DNA of 64,000 nt from contig OX597814.1 of the NCBI GenBank assembly GCA_951406725.2, positions 63,178,001-63,242,000 of the forward strand. The letters run 5' to 3'. Every line of letters starts with the position of its first letter. The stretch's first letter is position 1. This document shows, in pieces, positions 1 through 13,940 of this stretch. Source of the DNA: Octopus vulgaris. Lineage: Eukaryota. The translations under genes were made by a program, and so were the position numbers. The notes beneath the pieces are model-generated. The model had not been told where the DNA came from and searched no databases. It worked only from the letters and a program-made list of their open reading frames with translations.

Positions 1-254
1 TAAAATAAACTTTGAAGATGTTTGAAATTTCATGGCGGTTAAATGTATATTAATCAGCAATCAATTTAGTAAAATAATATTTGAAAAAAATGTGATGCGT
101 ATTTAAAAAGTCTATTTCTAACCAAAAAGATTGATTAGTTGAATCAGTTCGCATATCTTGAAATATGTTTGTATTCAATAAAGTCTGATAATCTAACTGA
201 CGATATTGCAAAGATTATGCAATAAATAACTCGAAAAACCTTTTAGCTTTGTTG

Positions 255-257
<3 letters not shown>

Positions 258-320
<63 letters not shown>
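258..320. repeat. (TAA)n microsatellite, 5' flank of a Dong-like insertion
   Basis: Pure TAA repeat read directly. Confidence 0.97.
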
Positions 321-1083
<763 letters not shown>

Positions 1084-1430
1084 GCCTAGCAGAGTATTTA
1101 TAGAGCAGCACAGAAAAACTACTAAAGACAATGAATAAAGAACGGGTGATGAAGCGCGTAATAGGGAAAAAAGCACAAGAATGAAATACAAAGAGAACAC
1201 GTCAGACAGATCGGAGAGAAATCCCTGCATGGCCAATTTTGGAGAGCCATTGAAGACGTATGTAGGGCAAAATCCTGGGCTTGGTTAAAAAAAGGGGCAA
1301 TTAAAAATAGAAACAGCCTAAATGTAGCAGCGCAAGATCAAGCGATAAAAACAAACAACTTGAGAAAGAATATAAAAGAAGAGAAAAATTTAGAGCCTGT
1401 GCAACTTGGAAGGAGACAGTGGCACACATT
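1084..1430 (+). mobile_element. Degenerate R4/Dong-like LINE fragment (post-RT linker)
   Basis: Frame-broken motifs LHGQFWR (~1225), SWAWLKKG (~1273), AAQDQAIKTNN (~1327) and ETVAHI (~1413). Confidence 0.7.
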
Positions 1431-2925
1431 GACCGCGTACCTCGGACAAGCCCGACTGATAGTACATTCGTGTCTGTAGAGTTTATCTCGAACCGATAGC
1501 GCCTTCCGGTAGCACTGCCAGGCCAAGAACATCTGGAAATCAACCATGATAGTTCCCGACCGAAAAATCCTCCGGAACAGACTAACCCGTTCTTTCTCGT
1601 CGGCGCCCGGGATGTCTCCGAGAACGTCGTCGCACTTACCTGCCATTAATTCACTATAAATTTCTAAAACGGTACATCCACCGATCCCATTACCCGACTG
1701 GTAGAGAGCTGTGAGCGCCTGACGACATTATAGGTGCCAGGCTCCCAGTTTCGTTCATTTCTACACCCAGGACTGCAGCTCCGTCAAGGAGACGAGCTGC
1801 GGAAAGAGGAGCCTCACAAACGGAGCACACACACGCTCACAGTCCAGAAATCGCTGCAGGTGACATCACCTAATAGCATGTCTGAATTTGAATAATAGAC
1901 ACTTCAGGCTGGTCAAGCAGTAACCGAGACAAGGCATGGCGGTCAGGCAATAAATGATAACGGATGCGATGTAAGCATTCCCCACCTCTGTCCGAACTTT
2001 CGTGGATAGGTTCTTCTCAGCATTTCTGGGTAAGACTGGCCACCTTATTCGCCACCTCGTCCCAGTTCTTATCAACCTGGAAGTTGGGACCAAACCAGAT
2101 CCTGTGTATTTTAACTGGACCGTCCGTCCAGCGTCCGACGACTCCGTCCGATGGCATCATCCTGCCTCTCCAGGAGCCCAACCGTAAACTCACCGATTTG
2201 TCGGCGTTGATTTTAGCCCCTGCAACCGACTCATATTCCTTTAGGATGGTGCCACTGTCTCCACTTCGGAGGAGTCCAATACCATGACGATGACGTCGTC
2301 TGTGTATGCCGATACTGCCCTTCCTTGTCCCACTTCGAAAGGGATGCTCCTTAGCTGTTCCAACTTCCGTAGCAGTGGCTCGAGTGCCAATACGTAAAAA
2401 AGAGGTGACAGTTGGCAGCCCTGACGGTCGATCGTGCAATGCCATACGGCTCCAATAGGTGGCTGTTTACTTTGATTACTTAACAGGTGCAGCTGTCATT
2501 GCTGCGATACAGCCTCTGGAAACGGGTCTGAAACCGCCTACTTTCAGGACGTCCTCCAAGTAGCGATGATCGACCGTATCGAATGCTTTTGATTGATCCA
2601 AATTGATTAGAGCACCCACGAAGCCAGCTTTGGTGCCAGCCATCTCTATGATGTATTGCTTGTTATTGCGCACGTTTGCGTTTCTCCGACCAGACCATTG
2701 GCGACAAGCGCTAGCCTTTTCGCTAACATCTTGATCAAAATCTTAAAGTCCGTGTTTGGCAGAGTTATGGGCCGAAAATTCGGTAGTACATCCCCATTGT
2801 CGGCGTCCTTCCTCAGCAGTGTCACCACACCTCTGCTAATAACATCAGGAATTCTGCCGTTCGGTTGCCTGTTGCGGCAGACGCCTGCCAAGAGATTACC
2901 AAACAAATCTGGCATGAATACATTG
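1431..2925 (-). mobile_element. Degenerate Tx1/L1-clade LINE ORF2 fragment (RT and zf-RVT region)
   Basis: Minus-strand ORFs read GVVTLLRKD...NFRPITLPNTDFKILIKMLAKRL, ALINLDQSKAFDTVDHRYL, LKEYESVAGAKINADKS and LAWQCYRKALSVRDKL...CPR. GC-richer than the flanks, with several frameshifts. Confidence 0.85.
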
Positions 2926-3049
2926 AATTCATATATAAAAGATATATATATATATATTTGTGTGTGTGTGTTTATGCATATATATATATACATGCATAAA
3001 CCGCTTGGAATAGATTGACCTTGAATTCTGCTGGGCTTTCACACTAAGT

Positions 3050-3488
3050 CATAGCGTTATCGCTCACTTCCGTCGTTTATAGAAATGCTTGGAAGTAAAG
3101 TGTGGAGAGTATGGTCGTCTGAAAAGGAAGATCGGGTTTCAGTTCCGCGGAATCTTCTTGTTTGTATTGAGAAAGATGAAAACGTCTTGCAAACGGTCAT
3201 GAGAGGTGACATATCGTGGGTATGATCCTGAAACGAAGGATCGGTCTTCGCAACAAAAGACTCCAACAAAGTTTCAAGACACCGAAGAAATCAAAGAGAA
3301 TGCGACAAGGTAACTGATTGCAATCTCCGGAAAGGAGCTTCAGGAATACTTCCATTAATGGAAACGACGGTGCATAATGTGTGTGGCTTTAGAAGGGAAC
3401 AACTTCGGAACATTAAATGACGAATTGGTATGTGTTGTAGTTTTCTTTTTACATAAGCAGTCCCAATATTTTTCGATCATACCTTGTA
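3050..3488 (+). mobile_element. Internally deleted mariner relic with right TIR
   Basis: Remnant motifs VPRNL (~3141), LQTVMRGD..W..YDPETK (~3187-3238) and the C-terminal WKRRCIMCVALEGNNF. Ends in TTTTCGATCATACCTTG-TA, a mariner-type terminus plus TA. Confidence 0.65.
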
Positions 3489-3645
3489 TATATATCAAGC
3501 ACATAGATGAGAGAGAAGAAGAGAGAGGAAGAGGGGAAGGGTGGAAGAGTGAGGGAGAGCGAAAGAGAGAGAAATAATTTCGTATGAAGTAATTAAACAA
3601 GCTAAATTCATATAGCAAATATATTTACACTAATGCTTGTGTTAG

Positions 3646-3708
<63 letters not shown>

Positions 3709-5365
3709 TATTTGCTACCAAGAATTCAAGGATAAATGATTCAACCGACATATAACTTCATCTTTGTAGGTTCAAGGTTTGACTAGTTTTCTTTATTTTT
3801 TTTAATGAAAATATTTTAAAAACCAATTTATTAAAATTATTTTGATGACTATCTTAATATAGGAAATATCATTTAATTGAATCATCTCAGTCAGTTATTT
3901 AAGTCTATTTTGACAAAATTTTAAATCGAAACAGAATTAATGCTTAATTGACATAATTGATTTATATAACTTCACTCGTTCAAGGTCCGAGCTTAAATTG
4001 ATACACATACTATGAAGAGAATGGTAAACATTAAACCATTAATTCTAACGGAAAACCTTATTGAAGAAAAAAACTCAATATAATTTAATTAAGAAATATA
4101 ATCATTACATTTTTCTAAAATGTTAAGAGCTCAAATGGACTTTTCACACAATTACCTTGAATTGTCAGCTGGTATTTTATGCTGCTGTTTATTTGCACAT
4201 GTTTACATACAGAGATTAATGATATATTTTCTGACATTTGTTTATCACTGGAATCCAAGTAGGCCTTTTGATGTACGATCATTTAAAATGTTCTTCTTTT
4301 CCAAAAATGTGTATTCAAATTGTGGCAGTATACAACTCATGCTCTATTTCTAAGATACTCCACCTATTTTCATTCTGCTAATGAGAAACAATCAAAGCAG
4401 TAATCAAATAAGTGCAGGGACTGGAAAACATCAAATATATCGACGCAAACATGTACATGAACATCAGTGTCACGAAACATCTGCAACAAACTGAAAATAC
4501 AAGTAACCTGAGTACATTTTGCGATATGCCGAGGATGGTGATTCTCCAGTATATACTAACGGAAGTAAAATTTTGTATGGTAATAAACTCTGAGTAAGCT
4601 AATTAACTAAAAACAGTAAAAATATTCATTCTGACAAGTCATCAGTGATAATTTGCTATCGTTTCCATGCAATTGATAAGCGCTTACAAGACGTAATTGG
4701 AGCAATAAGTTTTACAAGAGCAAACATTAGTTTTGCTGACTGAATTTTAAATCTAAATGAATTGAATAATTTAAAGCAATCATCGTAGATTTTCAACATC
4801 GTTGAACATTAAAACACGTTACATTTGGCTCACGGATAAATAACAAATAACAAAACAAAGGTAAGACTTTATTAACAAAAATAAAATCATGGACGATAAT
4901 CAGAAATCCTCCACATCATAACACATTTCACTGTTTTCGTCTAAACTTCGTGTAGTTCTTTAAGTTATTCAATTGGAAGCTACACAGTTACTGTTCCAGA
5001 GAAATGTGATTTAACAGGATATCTCTTGAATAAGGTCTGAGGATATAATGACTATGATAGAATATTCGACTTAATTTGGCATAGAAATGTCCCACTACTT
5101 GATATATTGGAAAGCTTTAAGAACTTGACCAAGATTAAAAGAACTGGTTAAAAGAAGATGCTTTCTTTACGGAGATCTATTTGTTCAATCTTGTACATGA
5201 TCAAAGTGTATGGCATGTCCTGAAGAAATAGTAGGCTGATATAGAAAGAATATAGTTTGAATCTCCTGAAAACCGACGTCGTTAGATAAATTGCTTTTGC
5301 TTGTATTGCATTAGCTTTATTCTTTCTCATTATTTCTTTTCCGGCTAAATTACATCTGTAGGCGT

Positions 5366-5373
5366 GCGTGTGC

Positions 5374-5421
<48 letters not shown>

Positions 5422-5516
5422 AAGTGCATGTGTGTATATATGTATGTATGTACCTGTCTGTCTGTCTGTCTGCCTGCCTGCCTGTCTGTCTGTCTGTCTG
5501 CGTGTCTGTATATCTG

Positions 5517-5595
<79 letters not shown>

Positions 5596-5596
5596 C
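5366..5596. repeat. Compound microsatellite (GT)n/(CTGT)n/(CTAT)n
   Basis: Read directly. Confidence 0.95.
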
Positions 5597-5889
5597 TGTT
5601 AAATGATCGATTTATCATTATCTTTTGTGCATATTTGCCTTTTTGTATCTTTCTGCTTCGGTAACTAACAATATGATATCTCCAGGCATTTTGTCCATGC
5701 AACCAGGAGGTGCTTGTAGGTGGAAGATACGTAAAGAAAATGGACAATAATAAAGGATAGGACTGCAACAGCGTCAGCGAGAGGGATAACAATATGAAGG
5801 TTAATAACATCTATAGCACCCAGGACAATAAGAATAATAGAAAAATGTTCATAAGCCCAGAATATTTACGGAACATCATTATCATGCCA

Positions 5890-5929
<40 letters not shown>

Positions 5930-6182
5930 CAACTAATAAGGGTGAGAAAATTGGATACTAATTTAATAGTACATCCATTTAACACCAAGTGGCTTAGTGC
6001 ATAAAAACCTGGATTACGATAAATTTTATACATAAATATAAGAGAGTAAACACTATGTGGTCGATTCTAGCACTAAAAATAGATCCGTTAGGTTTCAGCC
6101 ACAAAGAATTGTTTCCGATGAAAGTTAGCACGACTACTAGCGCAAACGAACAGGGCAAATAAAAATAACAAAAATGCAGATT

Positions 6183-6262
6183 AGTTCAGGACAATTGTTT
6201 CGCTATTAATAAATTATGTAATTTTACTCACATAACATATCTGTAGCTCTTCAGCCGAACCC
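6183..6262 (-). ncRNA. Type I hammerhead ribozyme (inverted copy of 6431-6510)
   Basis: Reverse complement reads GGGTTCGG-CTGAAGA-GCTA...TAGC-GAAA-C-AATT-GTC-CTGAACT. Confidence 0.8.
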
Positions 6263-6430
6263 GTCCAGAATAATCCAGGTTTTTATGCACTAAGCCACTT
6301 GGTGTTCAATGGATGTACTATTAAATTAGTATCCAATTTTCTCACCCTTATTAGTTGATTGTAATTACACTACATTTAATTTTGGATGTAGTATCTGTTT
6401 CCGTGCGGTTGAGTAAATTGTATTCTGGAC

Positions 6431-6510
6431 GGGTTCGGCTGAAGAGCTACAGATATGTTATGTGAGTAAAATTACATAATTTGTTAATAGCGAAACAATT
6501 GTCCTGAACT
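6431..6510 (+). ncRNA. Type I hammerhead ribozyme
   Basis: Stem I GGTTCGG/CTGAACT. Core CTGAAGA 6439-6445. Stem II GCTA/TAGC, extended by TTATGTGA/TTACATAA. GAAA 6492-6495. Minimal stem III with palindromic AC-AATT-GT. GUC site, predicted cleavage after 6503. Confidence 0.82.
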
Positions 6511-6602
6511 AATCTGCATTTTTGTTATTTTTATTTGCCTTGTTCGTTTGCGCTAGTAGTCGTGCTAACTTTCATCGGAAACAATTCTTTGTGGCTGAAA
6601 CC

Positions 6603-6636
6603 AATTTCGATTATTGCCTAGGCAATAATCGAAATT
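6603..6636. repeat. Perfect 34-bp palindrome
   Basis: AATTTCGATTATTGCCTAGGCAATAATCGAAATT equals its own reverse complement. Confidence 0.95.
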
Positions 6637-6663
6637 TTTGTTCGTCTTGTGGTTGAGAGGGGC

Positions 6664-6759
6664 TCCTTATCTTTCCTGATGAGAAGATTGCATAATGTAC
6701 CTTGTATTCCTTCGGAATAAAAATATGCTGTCTTCGAAACATATGTCGAGAGTAAAGGA
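6664..6759 (+). ncRNA. Type I hammerhead ribozyme (second sequence family)
   Basis: Stem I TCCTTATCTTTC/GAGAGTAAAGGA (imperfect). Core CTGATGA 6676-6682. Stem II GAAGATTGCAT/ATGCTGTCTTC. GAAA 6736-6739. AC-ATAT-GT palindromic stem III. GUC site, predicted cleavage after 6747. Confidence 0.8.
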
Positions 6760-8084
6760 ATTTTGTTAACATCTTCGTTCGACTCCATTCTTTCATTCAT
6801 TCATATACAACACACACATTTCTATACAAGAAGCCGGAGTTTCTACCCTTGACAGGTCGCTTCAACCGTGTTTTCTGACGTGAATTTAATACTCAGGTTT
6901 CGGTTAAACGAATTTTCCATGCTGACGATAAACATAGGATAATTCATTCACCTACTTAAATATATATATATCAATGGTGTAATAATGTACATATATGTGT
7001 GTGTCTGTGTGTGTATGTGCGTGTGTGTATGCGTGCTTGTGTGTGTGTGTGTGTATTATATATATTTATACATACGTGTATGTTTGTAACACTACCTATC
7101 ACCCCATCCTTAGAACAGTAATTATCGCACCGTATCTCCGATATCTTCAATCTCCATCATGATACCTGCAAATACTATCGCTGCTAACATTATCAGCAAT
7201 CACCTTTATGACGATTATGACCTACCAGGACTTGCTTGAATGACCTCCATGTCTGCCACCAACACACGTACCACATCCACCACTAACATTGATTAATATG
7301 TTCTTCCTCAAAATATCAAGAAAACTACTACACACACCACAAATACCACCAACTATAATTATTACAATCTTTTCCCCGAAACGACATCAGCATATAGCAG
7401 TCCAATCTCTCTGAAATCCCCCCCCCCCCCAGTTTAACCAGTTTAGAAATTTCTTAAATAACCTGGAGAAATCAATCCCTGATACAATACGCCGACAAAG
7501 AAGGTAGGTGTCCCCAGTTAGAAGCCGAAAGGACGGTCTGTAATTGGCACAGTAAATAATATCTGTTGAACATGAAGATATCATGCTGTTAGTAAGCAAG
7601 CGTCGTAACTATCTGAGAGCAACAATACTGCGTAAAGAAACAAACTTAATACAGTGAAACCTAAGAAGAGTTTACTCCGTTAAATGAGGAATGATCAAGA
7701 AATATAGAAGACCTCAAACATAGATAAACCTATCCATTTATATCTATACATCATGTATATAGATATCAAAACTATGTAATATTTTTATATCCACTTACTA
7801 AATGTATGTTCTTATCTATGTTTAAAACTCTCATCAACCATCCCTGGAAGTTAAACACCTTCAATATAGCATTACTCGGAAAGAATTTTGATTCAATTAA
7901 ACTATTCAGAAACATGCTGATATAAAAACAGTATAGATAATACTAGAGGAAGAAAATTACACCACAAAATAAAGGCTTTTTACAGTCAACACCAACTTAC
8001 TAATGCACACAATTAATAGTTTATATAACAGCAAACGCTTACCACTCCTCATTTTCTGATCTCTGAAACTCCTACCTGCTGAGA

Positions 8085-8910
8085 TAACTATCCCAAAATA
8101 AGGAAACCTTGCTGGGAGTAGTTAGAGATGAGGGTATATTAAAATCAGGAAAATGGACTAAAACAAAACAAGAAGTATAAGACGTACAAGAAGAAAATGA
8201 AGAAGCACTATGCAACAAGTGACTACACAATCAGTTTCATGTAACTGCAACTGAAGCTGCTGGAACGCATAGGTGGGTGTTAACGAAGAAGGAAATACTG
8301 AAAAACAGAGAGAGCGAGAACACAATACTGGCGGCTTAAGACCAAGCTTTGGTTACTTATTGGAGGGTCAAACTTAAGAATGAGCAAATTTCTCCACTCT
8401 GCTAAATATTTAATAGAGTGGACGAATCTATTGCCCATATTGTGAAAGAATGTCCTCGATTTGCACAAAACCAATATAGAGCAGATGGTTGAGCTCAACA
8501 TGCCAGTCTTAGTGGTGGTAGACAAGGTGAGCTACATGAACGTGATAATAGATGTTACATACCCCTTTGACACACGAAATATCAAGAAAGAAGACGGAAA
8601 AATAGACATATACAACCCACTTCAATACGAGATAGCCTGACTGTGGAAAATGAAGACGGTGAAGATAATGTGAAAATAATCATTGCTGGATCTCTAGGAA
8701 CAATATCAAAAGACATCAGTAGGAATTTAAAGGAAATGGGAATAGAGTACCCAGTAGAAATGTTACAAAATATTTACCTCGTTGACACGGCCAAGATCAT
8801 CAGTAAAGTAGTAGATAGTTGAAAAGAACAGATAATCTACCATAGGCTGCAGGTAGCAAGCCCGATACCCACGAAAGGCTCCAGGAGCTCTAATAAAATC
8901 TGAGTTAAAA
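8085..8910 (+). mobile_element. Degenerate R4/Dong-like LINE 3' fragment
   Basis: Remnants LVVVDK, IIDVTYPFD, KIDIYNPLQYEIA*LWKMK and GSLGTISKDI...PVEMLQ...TAKIISKV. The 3' UTR (TGAAAAGAAC...) resembles that of the 54.1-55.5 kb copy. Confidence 0.75.
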
Positions 8911-8952
8911 GAACAATACTGACAGCATCATCATCAACAACAACAACAATAA

Positions 8953-9269
<317 letters not shown>

Positions 9270-9550
9270 CCTTTCTACTATAGGCACAAAGCCTGGAATT
9301 TGTGGGGAGTGGGATAGTCAATCACATCAACCACAGTACTTGACTGGTTTTTAATTTATCGACCTCGACCGGATGAAAGGCAAAGTCGACCTCGGCGGTG
9401 TTTGAACCTAGAAAGTAAAGACGGACGAAATACTGCAAAGTGGGTTACATGGAAAGTGGGGAAGTAGGTTACATGGATTCTTGTACATATTTTATCGGTA
9501 CTGAAAGGATGACAGATAAATTCGACGACGGTGGAATTTGAACTCAGAAT
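9270..9550 (-). mobile_element. Two partial family-1 SINE copies
   Basis: GGATGAAAGGCAAAGTCGACCTCGGCGG core at ~9371 and a second degenerate core at ~9500-9550. Confidence 0.7.
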
Positions 9551-10419
9551 ATTTTTGTTTTACGATTGAAACATTCATATTAATGACGTAACTCTGGGAT
9601 TCCTAGAGAATTAACATCATTACTACCTTCATTAACAAACTCATATTTAACAGTAAATATCAACCATCATTACTGCCTGTAGTAACTCCGAGACTTCAGA
9701 AAACGCCATGAGGTCCCCAGCATCAGTGTGTCTGTATCCTATATAATAACATGCACATCAACTCCCACATACAATTATCAATTAGTAACTATAATGACAA
9801 CAGCAGCAGCAGCGATTATCATAAACAATAGCTTTACAATGCGAACATCACGTTCAATTCTGTCACGAAAGTAGCTATAGTCAACGGCATCATCGAAACC
9901 TTAGTAACAATTTCCCAACTACCACATCTACCACTTCCCATCTCCCGTAACATTCATCACAATTACCAACATATTCAAACATCGGAAAGGTATCACCCAA
10001 CAACCATAAACGTCACAAAGGTATCACATTCATATTAAGATGAACTTCTACATAAATAGTGACAGCATCACCACCAACGCAGCTACCGTAGTCACAACAA
10101 ACAGCAGCATCAGCAGTAGCAACACCGCTACCAATATCATTAATATCAGTATCTTCAGGAAGTCATCTATGGCACAAACAAAGCCGAAAGAGTCTTTTAA
10201 GCTTGGATGGTGAATAAAAAGTAATTACCTAACCTAGATTTATTTGGAATGCAAAGCTTTGTCTTCGAGAAATCAGTATGTCAACAGCTGGTTCTTGTTT
10301 ATTCAAAAGCCTTTACGAACTTAGGAGCATTTCTCTAGTCACGTGACCACCTTTTTTTTATCACTTCCTGACAGAGCTTGATCTAGTTCGAAAATAAATT
10401 ATTAGTGTACATTTAATAA

Positions 10420-10759
<340 letters not shown>

Positions 10760-11012
10760 AGCCAAACACCGATAGATAGAAAAAGAGAGATAGGATGATA
10801 GATAGGAAGGCAGATAGATAGTAATATGTATAAACGCATAATAGAAGATGTATACGTACATATGTACATTTATAATATACACATTACGAGCGTTCGTAGA
10901 AATATCTATGTAGAGTATTGATATATGTATATGTGTATTATCGCTCGATGATATTATTGCTGATAGCCGGAGAGGAAATTTGGAAAGCACACTAAAAGGT
11001 CCTTATCTTGAT

Positions 11013-11049
<37 letters not shown>

Positions 11050-11421
11050 CCATACATACATACACACATTAAATGAACAAAATATCACTTCTGTTAAAGC
11101 ATGAGAACGTTACAAAGTTTTGGTGTATAAATCCCAAATATAGATCACTCATTTCTTGCTGTTTTCTCTAGTCAAGCAAGCAAAACTCGGAGTTTTATGG
11201 GTGGAAACATTCAGAGATTGTTACACGCTGGCATCAATTGTCTGGCAAACATTGAATAAAGGTTTAGGAGCAAAGATTTCTGTCTTATTTCGCTGGCATG
11301 CCATCAAATTTTGGAGGTATTTATTACAGATTAAAAAGTTTTCTAATAATTTTGGTCCTAATCAAATTGAATTTTACATGTATTGTCACTATAGTCGTCT
11401 TTTACATTTTCAGTATGACAT

Positions 11422-11557
<136 letters not shown>

Positions 11558-13940
11558 GAAGCAGTAGTCATCCAACTACATTTGGTAAAACTATGAGATT
11601 CAGAAAACCATAGAGTTTTCAAGTACCTAAAGTGAGTTAAGTCATCACTTCTACGGAGTGGCAGTGTACTTTCGCCGAATGAAGATCAATACGGTTAACT
11701 TCACATCCGCCATGTTGCTCCCCATACTTCGCCTTGACCCTGACTTGGAAAGTTTCTATCATTGAGTTTAACTCCTCTATATACATACTACTGGATGCGT
11801 TTTATGGGTTTTGTTTTTCATCCCGCATAGTGTCTAAACCACCATCATCACCAAGTAATCTTGGTGGTCGCTGGTGACCCAACCATGTAACAGGTTGTAC
11901 TGGGTGTTCTCCATAGCATTTGAGAGGGATTTGACCGTACACAAAGTATAAATATTTTGATTAAACAAATAACACTTACTTTGAAACTTTATATTGACGA
12001 AAAATAATATTACATTTCTTAAATTAAAATCCTTGATGTTACACATCTTATAAAGCAGAAAGAAACGCAGTGATGGTCATAACCTTTACTGGACTGTCCA
12101 GGAAGGTGAGCGTCAATATTTTATATGTAGCTTCATCAAGTGTAGGCGGGTGTGTACAGAAAAAGATACATGATCGATGAATGAATACTAGAAGGTAACA
12201 GAGGAAGAATTTAGCAATTCTTTTAGTGAAGTACAACAATCGTAACAAGATAAGGTCAGATGGGCGAGATGAATGACTCTGCTCAACGATGCACAGTTAG
12301 TTACGCTGCTGCTGGGGAAGCGACAAAAAATTCAGAGTACAGCAATGAAACAGAGAAATGCTGCTATTGTTCAAGCTCAGGTCAGGTTTGATAAATGATC
12401 AAAAGCAAACTAGTCGTGACTTCCGTCTTTCATCAACGTGTCAAAAACCTAGGGACACATTAACCAATGTGTTCGTTTCTGAGACAGTGTGGGGCAATCT
12501 GAGGGAGATTTGGTTGCTACTTCTAGAAGACCGACTGATCATGTAGCAGTGCTAAAATCAGCTAATCAGAGAGTGGTTGTAAACTATTATTAATTGAATG
12601 CTTGCCAATCAGTGAAACAGCATTGCCTTTGGATTCATTCTCGTATATTTGTACGTGTAGCAGCATTAGTATAATTTCATATCTTCGAACCCACTTCAGC
12701 GTCGAGTTTTGTAGGTATTTATAGCAACTGACATGAGATGGGAATTCCGTATTCTAAATATGAATCTTATAATTTTTGCTGTGTAGATTTGGATATTGTA
12801 TATGTACGGTCACCATGAGCGACTGCAACGACTTCTAGCAATGTAATTGTGTACTGTTGTGTCATATGCTAAATATTGCGGGTGAAAACACTGTTTACTT
12901 GCTGTCTGTGAACATAGTATTTATGAAACCAATTTCAGCGTGTCACAATGGAAGATAGGTTAACATAATGTTACGTGTCGTGTGCCAAATCTTAAATTTC
13001 TAATTTCTGCATCAGACATAAGGATAGCTTAGATATGCTAAATTTTAATTTAGCACAGGCAATTGAAATGTACGCTGACCTCATTGCTCTGTTGACCAAC
13101 AAAAGTGATTTGAAAATTTCCAGTTCTCTAACGTGAGCATGTTTTTCATGCACAACGTTGGAGCAGAGATGAAGGCCATAATCATCAATATGGTCAAAGA
13201 AAGCAACATTTTCAGCGCTCAAATATTGTTAGCAAGGCTGTATTTCTTTAGCATATCTGGGACAATGTCAGCACGGACAAATTCAAATTTGCAGAGGTCA
13301 TTACTACTGGAATACTGCACGTTGACATCTGACTCATCTTATGACGAAGAAAGAAAGAAATGTTCGGAATAACTCGGGTAAAGCATGTTATCCTGTTATG
13401 TCTCTCACCGATAATGTGAACTCTTAGCTCTCCTAATTCCAGTACATTGACACATGAATCTCGGATACTGTTGGGAAGGGGGAAAGTCCACCGTGTCAAG
13501 GGTTCATTGGGGCTTATGTTGTGGACGGCATAAGTCAAGGACAACCGCTTCCTGGGTTGAAATCTCAACTGTTACAGCACTGAAACCTTTACTGGAACAG
13601 CTCAGTAGGATTATTATTGAATTGTGCGTTTCTCTGATTTATCTTGTTGAACATGTTGGCCGTTTTTCAGAAGTATGTTTCTTTTTGGTATTTATTTTTT
13701 ATTTGTTCTATACTTTTTCTTGATTCTTTGTCGCACCTACTGTTGAAAGAATGCAGGTTGCCATCCCTCATTTCTAGGATACTCTCAAGGGCGTAATCCT
13801 TGTCCATAGAACCACTGTGCGTCCGGTGTGTGGTATTTAGTAATGCCCATATTATGTCAAGTAGTATCATTTGCGTAGAATAATGTAGTCATGTATAATA
13901 AGAGCCAGTAGGTCACTGTTATTCAAAATGTAAGTTCCGG

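Larger units (their letters stand above)
5927..6960. mobile_element. Penelope pLTR/retrozyme-like non-coding element with interleaved inverted repeats and three hammerhead ribozymes
   Basis: A (5927-6016) is inverted at 6271-6360 and B (6091-6272) at 6421-6602. Perfect palindrome at 6603-6636. HHR motifs at 6183-6262(-), 6431-6510(+) and 6664-6759(+). (TA)n on both sides. Confidence 0.75.

Noticed and set aside
12990-13620. Possible Tc1-like transposase relic (MSART..., GLMLW.GIS, TVTAL-like pieces)
   Set aside because: Similarity is fragmentary across frames and I found no TIRs. It needs a profile search.
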